The notes under the pieces were generated by a model. It searched no databases. It saw only the letters and a list, made by a program, of their open reading frames with translations, and was not told where the DNA came from. The translations under genes and the position numbers were made by a program. Positions 50,401 to 64,000 of a stretch of DNA of 64,000 bases are shown here, in pieces. The DNA comes from Eledone cirrhosa (taxonomy: Eukaryota): assembly GCA_964016885.1 (NCBI GenBank), contig OZ024740.1:59024001-59088000 (forward strand), in the 5' to 3' direction. Each line of letters begins with the position of its first letter. The first letter of the stretch is position 1.

Positions 50401-51765
50401 GGACTCCCACTGTTATAGTCTAAACCTGACTAGCTATGGAGCTGGACTCCCACTGTTATAGTCTAAACCTGACCATCTATGGAGCTGGACTCCCACTGTT
50501 ATAGTCTAAACCTGACTAGCTATGGAGCTGGACTCCCACTGTTATAGTCTAAACCTGACTAGCTATGGAGCTGGACTCCCACTGTTATAGTCTAAACCTG
50601 ACTATCTATGGAGCTGCACTCCCGCTGTTATAGTCTAAACCTGACTAGCTGTGGAGCTGGACTCCCACTGTTATAGTCTAAACCTGACCATCTGTGGAGC
50701 TGGACTCCCGCTGTTATAGTCTAAACCTGACCATCTATGGAGCTGGACTCCCGCTGTTATAGTCTAAACCTGACTATCTGTGGAGCTGGACTCCCACTGT
50801 TATAGTCTAAACCTGACTATCTATGGAGCTGGACTCCCGCTGTTATAGTCTAAACCTGACCATCTATGGAGCTGGACTCCCGCTGTTATAGTCTAAACCT
50901 GACCATCTATGGAGCTGGACTCCCGCTGTTATAGTCTAACCCTGACTATCTATGGAGCTGGACTCCCGCTGTTATAGTCCAAACCTGACTAGCTATGGAG
51001 CTGGACTCCCGCTGTTATAGTCTAAACCTGACTATCTATGGAGCTGGACTCCCGCTGTTATAGTCTAAACCTGACCACCTATGGAGCTGGACTCCCGCTG
51101 TTATAGTCTAAACCTGACTATCTATGGAGCTGGACTCCCGCTGTTATAGTCTAAACCTGACCACCTATGGAGCTGGACTCCCGCTGTTATAGTCTAAACC
51201 TGACTAGCTATGGAGCTGGACTTCTGCTGTTATAGTCTAAACCTGACTAGCTGTGGAGCTGGACTCCTGCTGTTATAGTCTAAACCTGACTATCTATGGA
51301 GCTGGACTCCCGCTGTTATAGTCTAAACCTGACCACCTATGGAGCTGGACTCCCGCTGTTATAGTCTAAACCTGACTATCTATGGAGCTGGACTCCCGCT
51401 GTTATAGTCTAAACCTGACAATCTATGGAGCTGGACTCCTGCTGTTATAGTCTAAACCAGACTATCTATGGAGCTGGACTCCCGCTGTTATAGTCTAAAC
51501 CAGACTATCTATGGAGCTGGACTCCCGCTGTTATAGTCTAAACCTGACTAGTTTTGGAGCTGGACTCCCGCTGTTATAGTCTAAACCTGACTAGCTATGG
51601 AGCTGGACTCCCGCTGTTATAGTCTAACCCTGACTATCTATGGAGCTGGACTCCCGCTGTTATAGTCTAAACCTGACTATCTATGGAGCTGGACTCCCGC
51701 TGTTATAGTCTAAACCTGACCATCTATGGAGCTGGACTCCCGCTGTTATAGTCCAAACCTGACTA
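26500..51765. repeat. Higher-order tandem duplication, period 12,581 bp (293 monomers)
   Basis: Rare variants recur at +12,581: GACCCCC 26616/39197, AAACGTGAAC 37411/49992, and ORF starts 28153/40734, 32791/45372 and 35150/47731. 293x43-18 = 12,581. Confidence 0.93.
30980..35720. repeat. Higher-order duplication, period 2,359 bp (55 monomers), repeated again at +12,581
   Basis: CGATGTT 31131/33490, GTGAAGC 33174/35533 and ORFs 32791/35150. 55x43-6 = 2,359, matching six 42-bp monomers per block. Confidence 0.92.
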
Positions 51766-54700
51766 GCTATGGAGCTGGACTCCCGCTGTTATAGTCTAAA
51801 CCTGACTATCTATGGAGCTGGACTCCCGCTGTTATAGTCTAAACCTGACTAGCTATGGAGCTGGACTCCTGCTGTTATAGTCTAAACCTGACTATCTATG
51901 GAGCTGGATTCCCACTGTTATAGTCTAAACCTGACCATCTATGGAGCTGGACTCCCACTGTTATAGTCTAAACCTGACTAGCTATGGAGCTGGATTCCCG
52001 CTGTTATAGTCCAAACCTGACCACCTATGGAGCTGGACTCCCGCTGTTATAGTCTAAACCTGACTATCTATGGAGCTGGACTCCCACTGTTATAGTCTAA
52101 ACCTGACCACCTATGGAGCTGGACTCCCGCTGTTATAGTCTAAACCTGACCACCTATGGAGCTGGACTCCCGCTGTTATAGTCTAAACCTGACCACCTGT
52201 GGAGCTGGACTCCCACTGTTATAGTCTAAACCTGACCACCTATGGAGCTGGACTCCCGCTGTTATAGTCTAAACCTGACCACCTATGGAGCTGGACTCCC
52301 ACTGTTATAGTCTAAACCTGACTATCTATGGAGCTGGACTCCCGCTGTTGTAGTCTAAACCTGACTAGCTATGGAGCTGGATTCCCGCTGTTATAGTCCA
52401 AACCTGACTATCTATGGAGCTGGACTCCCGCTGTTATAGTCCAAACCTGACTATCTATGGAGCTGAACTCCCGCTGTTATAGTCTAAACCTGACCACCTA
52501 TGGAGCTGGACTCCCACTGTTATAGTCTAAACCTGACTAGCTATGGAGCTGGACTCCCACTGTTATAGTCTAAACCTGACTATCTATGGAGATGGACTCC
52601 ACTGTTATAGTCTAAACCTGACTATCTATGGAGCTGAACTCCCACTGTTATAGTCTAAACCTGACTAGCTATGGAGCTGGACTCCCACTGTTATAGTCTA
52701 AACCTGACTAGCTATGGAGCTGGACTCCCGCTGTTATAGTCTAAACCTGACTATCTATGGAGCTGGACTCCCGCTGTTATAGTCTAAACCTGACTATCTA
52801 TGGAGCTGGACTCCCACTGTTATAGTCTAAACCTGACTAGCTATGGAGCTGGACTCCCACTGTTATAGTCTAAACCTGACTAGCTATGGAGCTGGACTCC
52901 CGCTGTTATAGTCCAAAACTGACTATCTATGGAGCTGGACTCCCACTGTTATAGTCTAAACCTGACTATCTATGGAGCTGGACTTCTCTGTTATAGTCTA
53001 AACCTGACTAGCTATGGAGCTGGACTCCCGCTGTTATAGTCTAAACCTGACTATCTATGGAGCTGGACTTCTCTGTTATAGTCTAAACCTGACTATCTAT
53101 GGAGCTGGACTTCTCTGTTATAGTCTAAACCTGACTAGCTATGGAGCTGGACTCCCGCTGTTATAGTCTAAACCTGACTAGCTATGGAGCTGGACTCCCG
53201 CTGTTATAGTCTAAACCTGACTATCTGTGGAGCTGGACTCCCGCTGTTATAGTCTAAACCTGACTAGCTATGGAGCTGGACTCCTGCTGTTATAGTCTAA
53301 ATCTGACTAGCTATGGAGCTGGACTCCCGCTGTTATAGTCTAAACCTGACTATCTATGGAGCTGGACTCCCGCTGTTATAGTCTAAACCTGACTAGCTAT
53401 GGAGCTGGACTCCTGCTGTTATAGTCTAAACCTGACTATCTATGGAGCTGGACTCCCACTGTTATAGTCTAAACCTGACCATCTATGGAGCTGGACTCCC
53501 ACTGTTATAGTCTAAACCTGACTAGCTATGGAGCTGGATTCCCGCTGTTATAGTCCAAACCTGACCACCTATGGAGCTGGACTCCCGCTGTTATAGTCTA
53601 AACCTGACTATCTATGGAGCTGGACTCCCACTGTTATAGTCAAAACCTGACCACCTATGGAGCTGGACTCCCGCTGTTATAGTCTAAACCTGACCACCTA
53701 TGGAGCTGGACTCCCGCTGTTATAGTCTAAACCTGACCACCTGTGGAGCTGGACTCCCACTGTTATAGTCTAAACCTGACCATCTATGGAGCTGGACTCC
53801 CGCTGTTATAGTCTAAACCTGACTATCTATGGAGCTGGACTCCCACTGTTATAGTCTAAACCTGACTATCTATGGAGCTGGACTCCCGCTGTTATAGTCT
53901 AAACCTGACTATCAATGGAGCTGGACTCCCGCTGTTATAGTCTAAACCTGACTAGCTATGGAGCTGGACTTCTGCTGTTATAGTCTAAACCTGACTATCT
54001 GTGGAGCTGGACTCCCGCTGTTATAGTCTAAACGTGAACATCTATGGAGCTGGACTCCCACTGTTATAGTCTAAACCTGACCATCTATGGAGCTGGACTC
54101 CCGCTGTTATAGTCTAAACCTGACTATCTATGGAGCTGGACTCCCACTGTTATTGTCTAAACCTGACCATCTATGGAGCTGGACTCCCACTGTTATAGTC
54201 TAAACCTGACTATCTATGGAGCTGGACTCCCACTGTTATAGTCTAAACCTGACTATCTATGGAGCTGGACTCCCGCTGTTATAGTCCAAACCTGACCAGC
54301 TATGGAGCTGGACTCCCGCTGTTATAGTCTAAACCTGACTATCTATGGAGCTGGACTCCCACTGTTATAGTCTAAACCTGACTATCTATGGAGCTGGACT
54401 CCCGCTGTTATAGTCCAAACCTGACCATCTATGGAGCTGGACTCCCACTGTTATAGTCTAAACCTGACTAGCTATGGAGCTGGACTCCCACTGTTATAGT
54501 CTAAACCTGACCATCTATGGAGCTGGACTCCCACTGTTATAGTCTAAACCTGACTAGCTATGGAGCTGGACTCCCACTGTTATAGTCTAAACCTGACTAG
54601 CTATGGAGCTGGACTCCCACTGTTATAGTCTAAACCTGACTAACTATGGAGCTGCACTCCCGCTGTTATAGTCTAAACCTGACTAGCTGTGGAGCTGGAC

Positions 54701-57700
54701 TCCCACTGTTATAGTCTAAACCTGACCATCTGTGGAGCTGGACTCCCGCTGTTATAGTCTAAACCTGACCATCTATGGAGCTGGACTCCCGCTGTTATAG
54801 TCTAAACCTGACTATCTGTGGAGCTGGACTCCCACTGTTATAGTCTAAACCTGACTATCTATGGAGCTGGACTCCCGCTGTTATAGTCTAAACCTGACCA
54901 TCTATGGAGCTGGACTCCCGCTGTTATAGTCTAAACCTGACCATCTATGGAGCTGGACTCCCGCTGTTATAGTCTAACCCTGACTATCTATGGAGCTGGA
55001 CTCCCGCTGTTATAGTCCAAACCTGACTAGCTATGGAGCTGGACTCCCGCTGTTATAGTCTAAACCTGACTATCTATGGAGCTGGACTCCCGCTGTTATA
55101 GTCTAAACCTGACCACCTATGGAGCTGGACTCCCGCTGTTATAGTCTAAACCTGACTATCTATGGAGCTGGACTCCCGCTGTTATAGTCTAAACCTGACC
55201 ACCTATGGAGCTGGACTCCCGCTGTTATAGTCTAAACCTGACTAGCTATGGAGCTGGACTTCTGCTGTTATAGTCTAAACCTGACTAGCTGTGGAGCTGG
55301 ACTCCTGCTGTTATAGTCTAAACCTGACTATCTATGGAGCTGGACTCCCGCTGTTATAGTCTAAACCTGACCACCTATGGAGCTGGACTCCCGCTGTTAT
55401 AGTCTAAACCTGACTATCTATGGAGCTGGACTCCCGCTGTTATAGTCTAAACCTGACAATCTATGGAGCTGGACTCCTGCTGTTATAGTCTAAACCAGAC
55501 TATCTATGGAGCTGGACTCCCGCTGTTATAGTCTAAACCAGACTATCTATGGAGCTGGACTCCCGCTGTTATAGTCTAAACCTGACTAGTTTTGGAGCTG
55601 GACTCCCGCTGTTATAGTCTAAACCTGACTAGCTATGGAGCTGGACTCCCGCTGTTATAGTCTAACCCTGACTATCTATGGAGCTGGACTCCCGCTGTTA
55701 TAGTCTAAACCTGACTATCTATGGAGCTGGACTCCCGCTGTTATAGTCTAAACCTGACCATCTATGGAGCTGGACTCCCGCTGTTATAGTCCAAACCTGA
55801 CTAGCTATGGAGCTGGACTCCCACTGTTATAGTCTAAACCTGACTATCTATGGAGCTGGACTCCCGCTGTTATAGTCTAAACCTGACTAGCTATGGAGCT
55901 GGACTCCTGCTGTTATAGTCTAAACCTGACTATCTATGGAGCTGGATTCCCACTGTTATAGTCTAAACCTGACCATCTATGGAGCTGGACTCCCACTGTT
56001 ATAGTCTAAACCTGACTAGCTATGGAGCTGGATTCCCGCTGTTATAGTCCAAACCTGACCACCTATGGAGCTGGACTCCCGCTGTTATAGTCTAAACCTG
56101 ACTATCTATGGAGCTGGACTCCCACTGTTATAGTCTAAACCTGACCACCTATGGAGCTGGACTCCCGCTGTTATAGTCTAAACCTGACCACCTATGGAGC
56201 TGGACTCCCGCTGTTATAGTCTAAACCTGACCACCTGTGGAGCTGGACTCCCACTGTTATAGTCTAAACCTGACCACCTATGGAGCTGGACTCCCGCTGT
56301 TATAGTCTAAACCTGACCACCTATGGAGCTGGACTCCCACTGTTATAGTCTAAACCTGACTATCTATGGAGCTGGACTCCCGCTGTTGTAGTCTAAACCT
56401 GACTAGCTATGGAGCTGGATTCCCGCTGTTATAGTCCAAACCTGACTATCTATGGAGCTGGACTCCCGCTGTTATAGTCCAAACCTGACTATCTATGGAG
56501 CTGAACTCCCGCTGTTATAGTCTAAACCTGACCACCTATGGAGCTGGACTCCCACTGTTATAGTCTAAACCTGACTAGCTATGGAGCTGGACTCCCACTG
56601 TTATAGTCTAAACCTGACTATCTATGGAGATGGACTCCACTGTTATAGTCTAAACCTGACTATCTATGGAGCTGAACTCCCACTGTTATAGTCTAAACCT
56701 GACTAGCTATGGAGCTGGACTCCCACTGTTATAGTCTAAACCTGACTAGCTATGGAGCTGGACTCCCGCTGTTATAGTCTAAACCTGACTATCTATGGAG
56801 CTGGACTCCCGCTGTTATAGTCTAAACCTGACTATCTATGGAGCTGGACTCCCACTGTTATAGTCTAAACCTGACTAGCTATGGAGCTGGACTCCCACTG
56901 TTATAGTCTAAACCTGACTAGCTATGGAGCTGGACTCCCGCTGTTATAGTCCAAAACTGACTATCTATGGAGCTGGACTCCCACTGTTATAGTCTAAACC
57001 TGACTATCTATGGAGCTGGACTTCTCTGTTATAGTCTAAACCTGACTAGCTATGGAGCTGGACTCCCGCTGTTATAGTCTAAACCTGACTATCTATGGAG
57101 CTGGTCTTCTCTGTTATAGTCTAAACCTGACTATCTATGGAGCTGGACTTCTCTGTTATAGTCTAAACCTGACTAGCTATGGAGCTGGACTCCCGCTGTT
57201 ATAGTCTAAACCTGACTAGCTATGGAGCTGGACTCCCGCTGTTATAGTCTAAACCTGACTATCTGTGGAGCTGGACTCCCGCTGTTATAGTCTAAACCTG
57301 ACTAGCTATGGAGCTGGACTCCTGCTGTTATAGTCTAAATCTGACTAGCTATGGAGCTGGACTCCCGCTGTTATAGTCTAAACCTGACTATCTATGGAGC
57401 TGGACTCCCGCTGTTATAGTCTAAACCTGACTAGCTATGGAGCTGGACTCCTGCTGTTATAGTCTAAACCTGACTATCTATGGAGCTGGACTCCCACTGT
57501 TATAGTCTAAACCTGACCATCTATGGAGCTGGACTCCCACTGTTATAGTCTAAACCTGACTAGCTATGGAGCTGGATTCCCGCTGTTATAGTCCAAACCT
57601 GACCACCTATGGAGCTGGACTCCCGCTGTTATAGTCTAAACCTGACTATCTATGGAGCTGGACTCCCACTGTTATAGTCAAAACCTGACCACCTATGGAG

Positions 57701-57830
57701 CTGGACTCCCGCTGTTATAGTCTAAACCTGACCACCTATGGAGCTGGACTCCCGCTGTTATAGTCTAAACCTGACCACCTGTGGAGCTGGACTCCCACTG
57801 TTATAGTCTAAACCTGACCATCTATGGAGC
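49750..57830. repeat. Higher-order duplication, period 4,038 bp (94 monomers)
   Basis: AAACGTGAAC 49992/54030 and GATGGACTCCAC 52591/56629. 94x43-4 = 4,038. Confidence 0.9.
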
Positions 57831-60249
57831 TGGACTCCCGCTGTTATAGTCTAAACCTGACCACCTATGGAGCTGGACTCCCACTGTTATAGTCTAAACC
57901 TGACTAGCTATGGAGCTGGACTCCCACTGTTATAGTCTAAACCTGACTATCTATGGAGCTGGACTCCCGCTGTTATAGTCTAAACCTGACTAGCTATGGA
58001 GCTGGACTCCCACTGTTATAGTCTAAACCTGACTATCTGTGGAGCTGGACTCCCACTGTTATAGTCTAAACCTGACCACCTATGGAGCTGGACTCCCGCT
58101 GTTATAGTCTAAACCTGACCACCTATGGAGCTGGACTCCCACTGTTATAGTCTAAACCTGACTATCTATGGAGCTGGACTCCCGCTGTTATAGTCTAAAC
58201 CTGACTAGCTATGGAGCTGGATTCCCGCTGTTATAGTCCAAACCTGACTATCTATGGAGCTGGACTCCCGCTGTTATAGTCTAAACCTGACTAGCTATGG
58301 AGCTGGACTCCTGCTGTTATAGTCTAAACCTGACTATCTATGGAGCTGGACTCCCACTGTTATAGTCTAAACCTGACCATCTATGGAGCTGGACTCCCAC
58401 TGTTATAGTCTAAACCTGACCATCTATGGAGCTGGACTCCTGCTGTTATAGTCTAAACCTGACCATCTATGGAGCTGGACTCCCGCTGTTATAGTCTAAA
58501 CCTGACTAGCTATGGAGCTGGATTCCCGCTGTTATAGTCCAAACCTGACCACCTATGGAGCTGGACTCCCGCTGTTATAGTCTAAACCTGACTATCTATG
58601 GAGCTGGACTCCCACTGTTATAGTCTAAACCTGACCACCTATGGAGCTGGACTCCCGCTGTTATAGTCTAAACCTGACCACCTATGGAGCTGGACTCCCG
58701 CTGTTATAGTCTAAACCTGACCACCTGTGGAGCTGGACTCCCACTGTTATAGTCTAAACCTGACCACCTATGGAGCTGGACTCCCGCTGTTATAGTCTAA
58801 ACCTGACCACCTATGGAGCTGGACTCCCACTGTTATAGTCTAAACCTGACTATCTATGTAGCTGGACTCCCGCTGTTGTAGTCTAAACCTGACTAGCTAT
58901 GGAGCTGGATTCCCGCTGTTATAGTCCAAACCTGACTATCTATGGAGCTGGACTCCTGCTGTTATAGTCTAAATCTGACTAGCTATGGAGCTGGACTCCC
59001 GCTGTTATAGTCTAAACTTGACTAACTATGGAGCTGGACTCCCGCTGTTATAGTCTAAACCTGACTAGCTATGGAGCTGGACTCCTGCTGTTATAGTCTA
59101 AACCTGACTATCTATGGAGCTGGACTCCCACTGTTATAGTCTAAACCTGACCATCTATGGAGCTGGACTCCCACTGTTATAGTCTAAACCTGACTAGCTA
59201 TGGAGCTGGATTCCCGCTGTTATAGTCCAAACCTGACCACCTATGGAGCTGGACTCCCGCTGTTATAGTCTAAACCTGACTATCTATGGAGCTGGACTCC
59301 CACTGTTATAGTCAAAACCTGACCACCTATGGAGCTGGACTCCCGCTGTTATAGTCTAAACCTGACCACCTATGGAGCTGGACTCCCGCTGTTATAGTCT
59401 AAACCTGACCACCTGTGGAGCTGGACTCCCGCTGTTATAGTCTAAACCTGACCATCTATGGAGCTGGACTCCCGCTGTTATAGTCTAAACCTGACCACCT
59501 ATGGAGCTGGACTCCCACTGTTATAGTCTAAACCTGACTAGCTATGGAGCTGGACTCCCACTGTTATAGTCTAAACCTGACTATCTATGGAGCTGGACTC
59601 CCGCTGTTATAGTCTAAACCTGACTAGCTATGGAGCTGGACTCCCACTGTTATAGTCTAAACCTGACTATCTGTGGAGCTGGACTCCCACTGTTATAGTC
59701 TAAACCTGACCACCTATGGAGCTGGACTCCCGCTGTTATAGTCTAAACCTGACCACCTATGGAGCTGGACTCCCACTGTTATAGTCTAAACCTGACTATC
59801 TATGGAGCTGGACTCCCGCTGTTATAGTCTAAACCTGACTAGCTATGGAGCTGGATTCCCGCTGTTATAGTCCAAACCTGACTATCTATGGAGCTGGACT
59901 CCCGCTGTTATAGTCTAAACCTGACTAGCTATGGAGCTGGACTCCTGCTGTTATAGTCTAAACCTGACTATCTATGGAGCTGGACTCCCACTGTTATAGT
60001 CTAAACCTGACCATCTATGGAGCTGGACTCCCACTGTTATAGTCTAAACCTGACTAGCTATGGAGCTGGATTCCCGCTGTTATAGTCCAAACCTGACCAC
60101 CTATGGAGCTGGACTCCCGCTGTTATAGTCTAAACCTGACTATCTATGGAGCTGGACTCCCACTGTTATAGTCTAAACCTGACCACCTATGGAGCTGGAC
60201 TCCCGCTGTTATAGTCTAAACCTGACCACCTATGGAGCTGGACTCCCGC

Positions 60250-63200
60250 TGTTATAGTCTAAACCTGACCACCTGTGGAGCTGGACTCCCACTGTTATAG
60301 TCTAAACCTGACCACCTATGGAGCTGGACTCCCGCTGTTATAGTCTAAACCTGACCACCTATGGAGCTGGACTCCCACTGTTATAGTCTAAACCTGACTA
60401 TCTATGGAGCTGGACTCCCGCTGTTGTAGTCTAAACCTGACTAGCTATGGAGCTGGATTCCCGCTGTTATAGTCCAAACCTGACTATCTATGGAGCTGGA
60501 CTCCCGCTGTTATAGTCCAAACCTGACTATCTATGGAGCTGGACTCCCACTGTTATAGTCTAAACCTGACTAGCTATGGAGCTGGACTCCCACTGTTATA
60601 GTCTAAACCTGACTATCTATGGAGATGGACTCCACTGTTATAGTCTAAACCTGACTATCTATGGAGCTGGACTCCCACTGTTATAGTCTAAACCTGACTA
60701 GCTATGGAGCTGGACTCCCACTGTTATAGTCTAAACCTGACTAGCTATGGAGCTGGACTCCCACTGTTATAGTCTAAACCTGACTATCTATGGAGCTGGA
60801 CTCCCACTGTTATAGTCTAAACCTGACTATCTATGGAGCTGGACTCCTGCTGTTATAGTCTAAACCTGACTATCTATGGAGCTGGACTCCCGCTGTTATA
60901 GTCTAAACCTGACTATCTATGGAGCTGGACTCCCACTGTTATAGTCTAAACCTGACTAGCTATGGAGCTGGACTCCCACTGTTATAGTCTAAACCTGACT
61001 ATCTATGGAGTCGGACTCCCGCTGTTATAGTCTAAACCTGACTATCTGTGGAGCTGGACTCCCGCTGTTATAGTCTAAACCTGACTATCTATGGAGCTGG
61101 ACTCCCGCTGTTATAGTCTAAACCTGACTATCTATGGAGCTGGACTTCTGCTGTTATAGTCTAAACCTGACTAGCAATGGAGCTGGACTCCCGCTGTTAT
61201 AGTCCAAACCTGAATATCTATGGAGCTGGACTCCCGCTGTTATAGTCTAAACCTGACCACCTATGGAGCTGGACTCCCGCTGTTATAGTCCAAACCTGAC
61301 TAGCTATGGAGCTGGACTCCCACTGTTATAGTCTAAACCTGACTAGCTATGGAGCTGGACTCCCACTGTTATAGTCTAAACCTGACTAGCTATGGAGCTG
61401 GACTCCCGCTGTTATAGTCTAAACCTGACTATCTATGGAGCTGGACTCCCACTGTTATAGTCTAAACCTGACTAGCTATGGAGCTGGACTCCCACTGTTA
61501 TAGTCTAAACCTGACTAGCTATGGAGCTGGACTCCCGCTGTTATAGTCCAAAACTGACTATCTATGGAGCTGGACTCCCACTGTTATAGTCTAAACCTGA
61601 CTATCTATGGAGCTGGACTTCTCTGTTATAGTCTAAACCTGACTAGCTATGGAGCTGGACTCCCGCTGTTATAGTCTAAACCTGACTATCTATGGAGCTG
61701 GACTTCTCTGTTATAGTCTAAACCTGACTATCTATGGAGCTGGACTTCTCTGTTATAGTCTAAACCTGACTAGCTATGGAGCTGGACTCCCGCTGTTATA
61801 GTCTAAACCTGACTAGCTATGGAGCTGGACTCCCGCTGTTATAGTCTAATCCTGACTATCTGTGGAGCTGGACTCCCGCTGTTATAGTCTAAACCTGACT
61901 AGCTATGGAGCTGGACTCCTGCTGTTATAGTCTAAATCTGACTAGCTATGGAGCTGGACTCCCGCTGTTATAGTCTAAACCTGACTATCTATGGAGCTGG
62001 ACTCCCGCTGTTATAGTCTAAACCTGACTAGCTATGGAGCTGGACTCCTGCTGTTATAGTCTAAACCTGACTATCTATGGAGCTGGACTCCCACTGTTAT
62101 AGTCTAAACCTGACCATCTATGGAGCTGGACTCCCACTGTTATAGTCTAAACCTGACTAGCTATGGAGCTGGATTCCCGCTGTTATAGTCCAAACCTGAC
62201 CACCTATGGAGCTGGACTCCCGCTGTTATAGTCTAAACCTGACTATCTATGGAGCTGGACTCCCACTGTTATAGTCAAAACCTGACCACCTATGGAGCTG
62301 GACTCCCGCTGTTATAGTCTAAACCTGACCACCTATGGAGCTGGACTCCCGCTGTTATAGTCTAAACCTGACCACCTGTGGAGCTGGACTCCCGCTGTTA
62401 TAGTCTAAACCTGACCATCTATGGAGCTGGACTCCCGCTGTTATAGTCTAAACCTGACCACCTATGGAGCTGGACTCCCACTGTTATAGTCTAAACCTGA
62501 CTAGCTATGGAGCTGGACTCCCACTGTTATAGTCTAAACCTGACTATCTATGGAGCTGGACTCCCGCTGTTATAGTCTAAACCTGACTAGCTATGGAGCT
62601 GGACTCCCACTGTTATAGTCTAAACCTGACTATCTGTGGAGCTGGACTCCCACTGTTATAGTCTAAACCTGACCACCTATGGAGCTGGACTCCCGCTGTT
62701 ATAGTCTAAACCTGACCACCTATGGAGCTGGACTCCCACTGTTATAGTCTAAACCTGACTATCTATGGAGCTGGACTCCCGCTGTTATAGTCTAAACCTG
62801 ACTAGCTATGGAGCTGGATTCCCGCTGTTATAGTCCAAACCTGACTATCTATGGAGCTGGACTCCCGCTGTTATAGTCCAAACCTGACTAGCTATGGAGC
62901 TGGACTCCCACTGTTATAGTCTAAACCTGACTAGCTATGGAGCTGGACTCCTGCTGTTATAGTCTAAACCTGACTATCTATGGAGCTGGACTCCCACTGT
63001 TATAGTCTAAACCTGACCATCTATGGAGCTGGACTCCCACTGTTATAGTCTAAACCTGACTAGCTATGGAGCTGGATTCCCGCTGTTATAGTCCAAACCT
63101 GACCACCTATGGAGCTGGACTCCTGCTGTTATAGTCTAAACCTGACTATCTATGGAGCTGGACTCCCACTGTTATAGTCTAAACCTGACCACCTATGGAG

Positions 63201-64000
63201 CTGGACTCCCGCTGTTATAGTCTAAACCTGACCACCTATGGAGCTGGACTCCCGCTGTTATAGTCTAAACCTGACCACCTATGGAGCTGGACTCCCACTG
63301 TTATAGTCTAAACCTGACTATCTATGGAGCTGGACTCCCGCTGTTGTAGTCTAAACCTGACTAGCTATGGAGCTGGATTCCCGCTGTTATAGTCCAAACC
63401 TGACTATCTATGGAGCTGGACTCCCGCTGTTATAGTCCAAACCTGACTATCTATGGAGCTGGACTCCCACTGTTATAGTCTAAACCTGACTAGCTATGGA
63501 GCTGGACTCCCACTGTTATAGTCTAAACCTGACTATCTATGGAGATGGACTCCACTGTTATAGTCTAAACCTGACTATCTATGGAGCTGGACTCCCACTG
63601 TTATAGTCTAAACCTGACTAGCTATGGAGCTGGACTCCCACTGTTATAGTCTAAACCTGACTAGCTATGGAGCTGGACTCCCACTGTTATAGTCTAAACC
63701 TGACTATCTATGGAGCTGGACTCCCACTGTTATAGTCTAAACCTGACTATCTATGGAGCTGGACTCCTGCTGTTATAGTCTAAACCTGACTATCTATGGA
63801 GCTGGACTCCCGCTGTTATAGTCTAAACCTGACTATCTATGGAGCTGGACTCCCACTGTTATAGTCTAAACCTGACTAGCTATGGAGCTGGACTCCCACT
63901 GTTATAGTCTAAACCTGACTATCTATGGAGTCGGACTCCCGCTGTTATAGTCTAAACCTGACTATCTGTGGAGCTGGACTCCCGCTGTTATAGTCTAAAC
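60250..64000. repeat. Higher-order duplication, period 2,920 bp (68 monomers), truncated by the window end
   Basis: GATGGACTCCAC 60624/63544 and TCGGACTCCC 61011/63931. 68x43-4 = 2,920. Confidence 0.85.

Larger units (their letters stand above)
23994..64000. repeat. 43-bp satellite array, ~930 monomers, continues beyond the window
   Basis: Consensus GCTGTTATAGTCTAAACCTGACTATCTATGGAGCTGGACTCCC. Variants are concentrated at a few sites (TCT/TCC; ACTAT/ACCAT/ACTAG/ACCAC; CTATG/CTGTG; CCCG/CCCA/CCTG/TTCTG), with occasional 42-bp monomers. No insertions or inversions were seen. Confidence 0.99.

Noticed and set aside
23994-64000. CRISPR array
   Set aside because: Monomers are contiguous with no unique spacers, there are no cas genes, and the context is eukaryotic.
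23994-64000. Giant repetitive protein-coding exon
   Set aside because: 43 is not divisible by 3, and stop codons occur within one or two monomers in the frames on both strands.

Overview
Eukaryotic, AT-rich, repeat-dominated DNA with no confidently identifiable host gene. The SINE families resemble those of octopus/cephalopod genomes (recalled, not searched). Bases 1-~24,000 are a transposon mosaic. It contains a complete 1,226-bp Tc1/mariner element with DD36E spacing (Incomer-type) and a D->E change at the first catalytic residue. It also contains two minimal type I hammerhead ribozyme motifs of the Penelope type, a decayed Penelope RT, a 300-bp near-perfect foldback, decayed RTE and CR1/L2/Jockey-like LINEs, many tRNA-derived SINEs, TTAA-flanked piggyBac-type MITEs, a Helitron-like element with a nested SINE, a 33-bp minisatellite and microsatellites. 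Bases ~24,000-64,000 are one uninterrupted 43-bp satellite of about 930 monomers that runs off the window end. The array has nested higher-order duplications (2,359, 12,581, 4,038 and 2,920 bp) that can be ordered in time, internal dyad symmetry, and a CpG-decay signature at its single CpG. Most ORFs in the supplied track are repeat artefacts.
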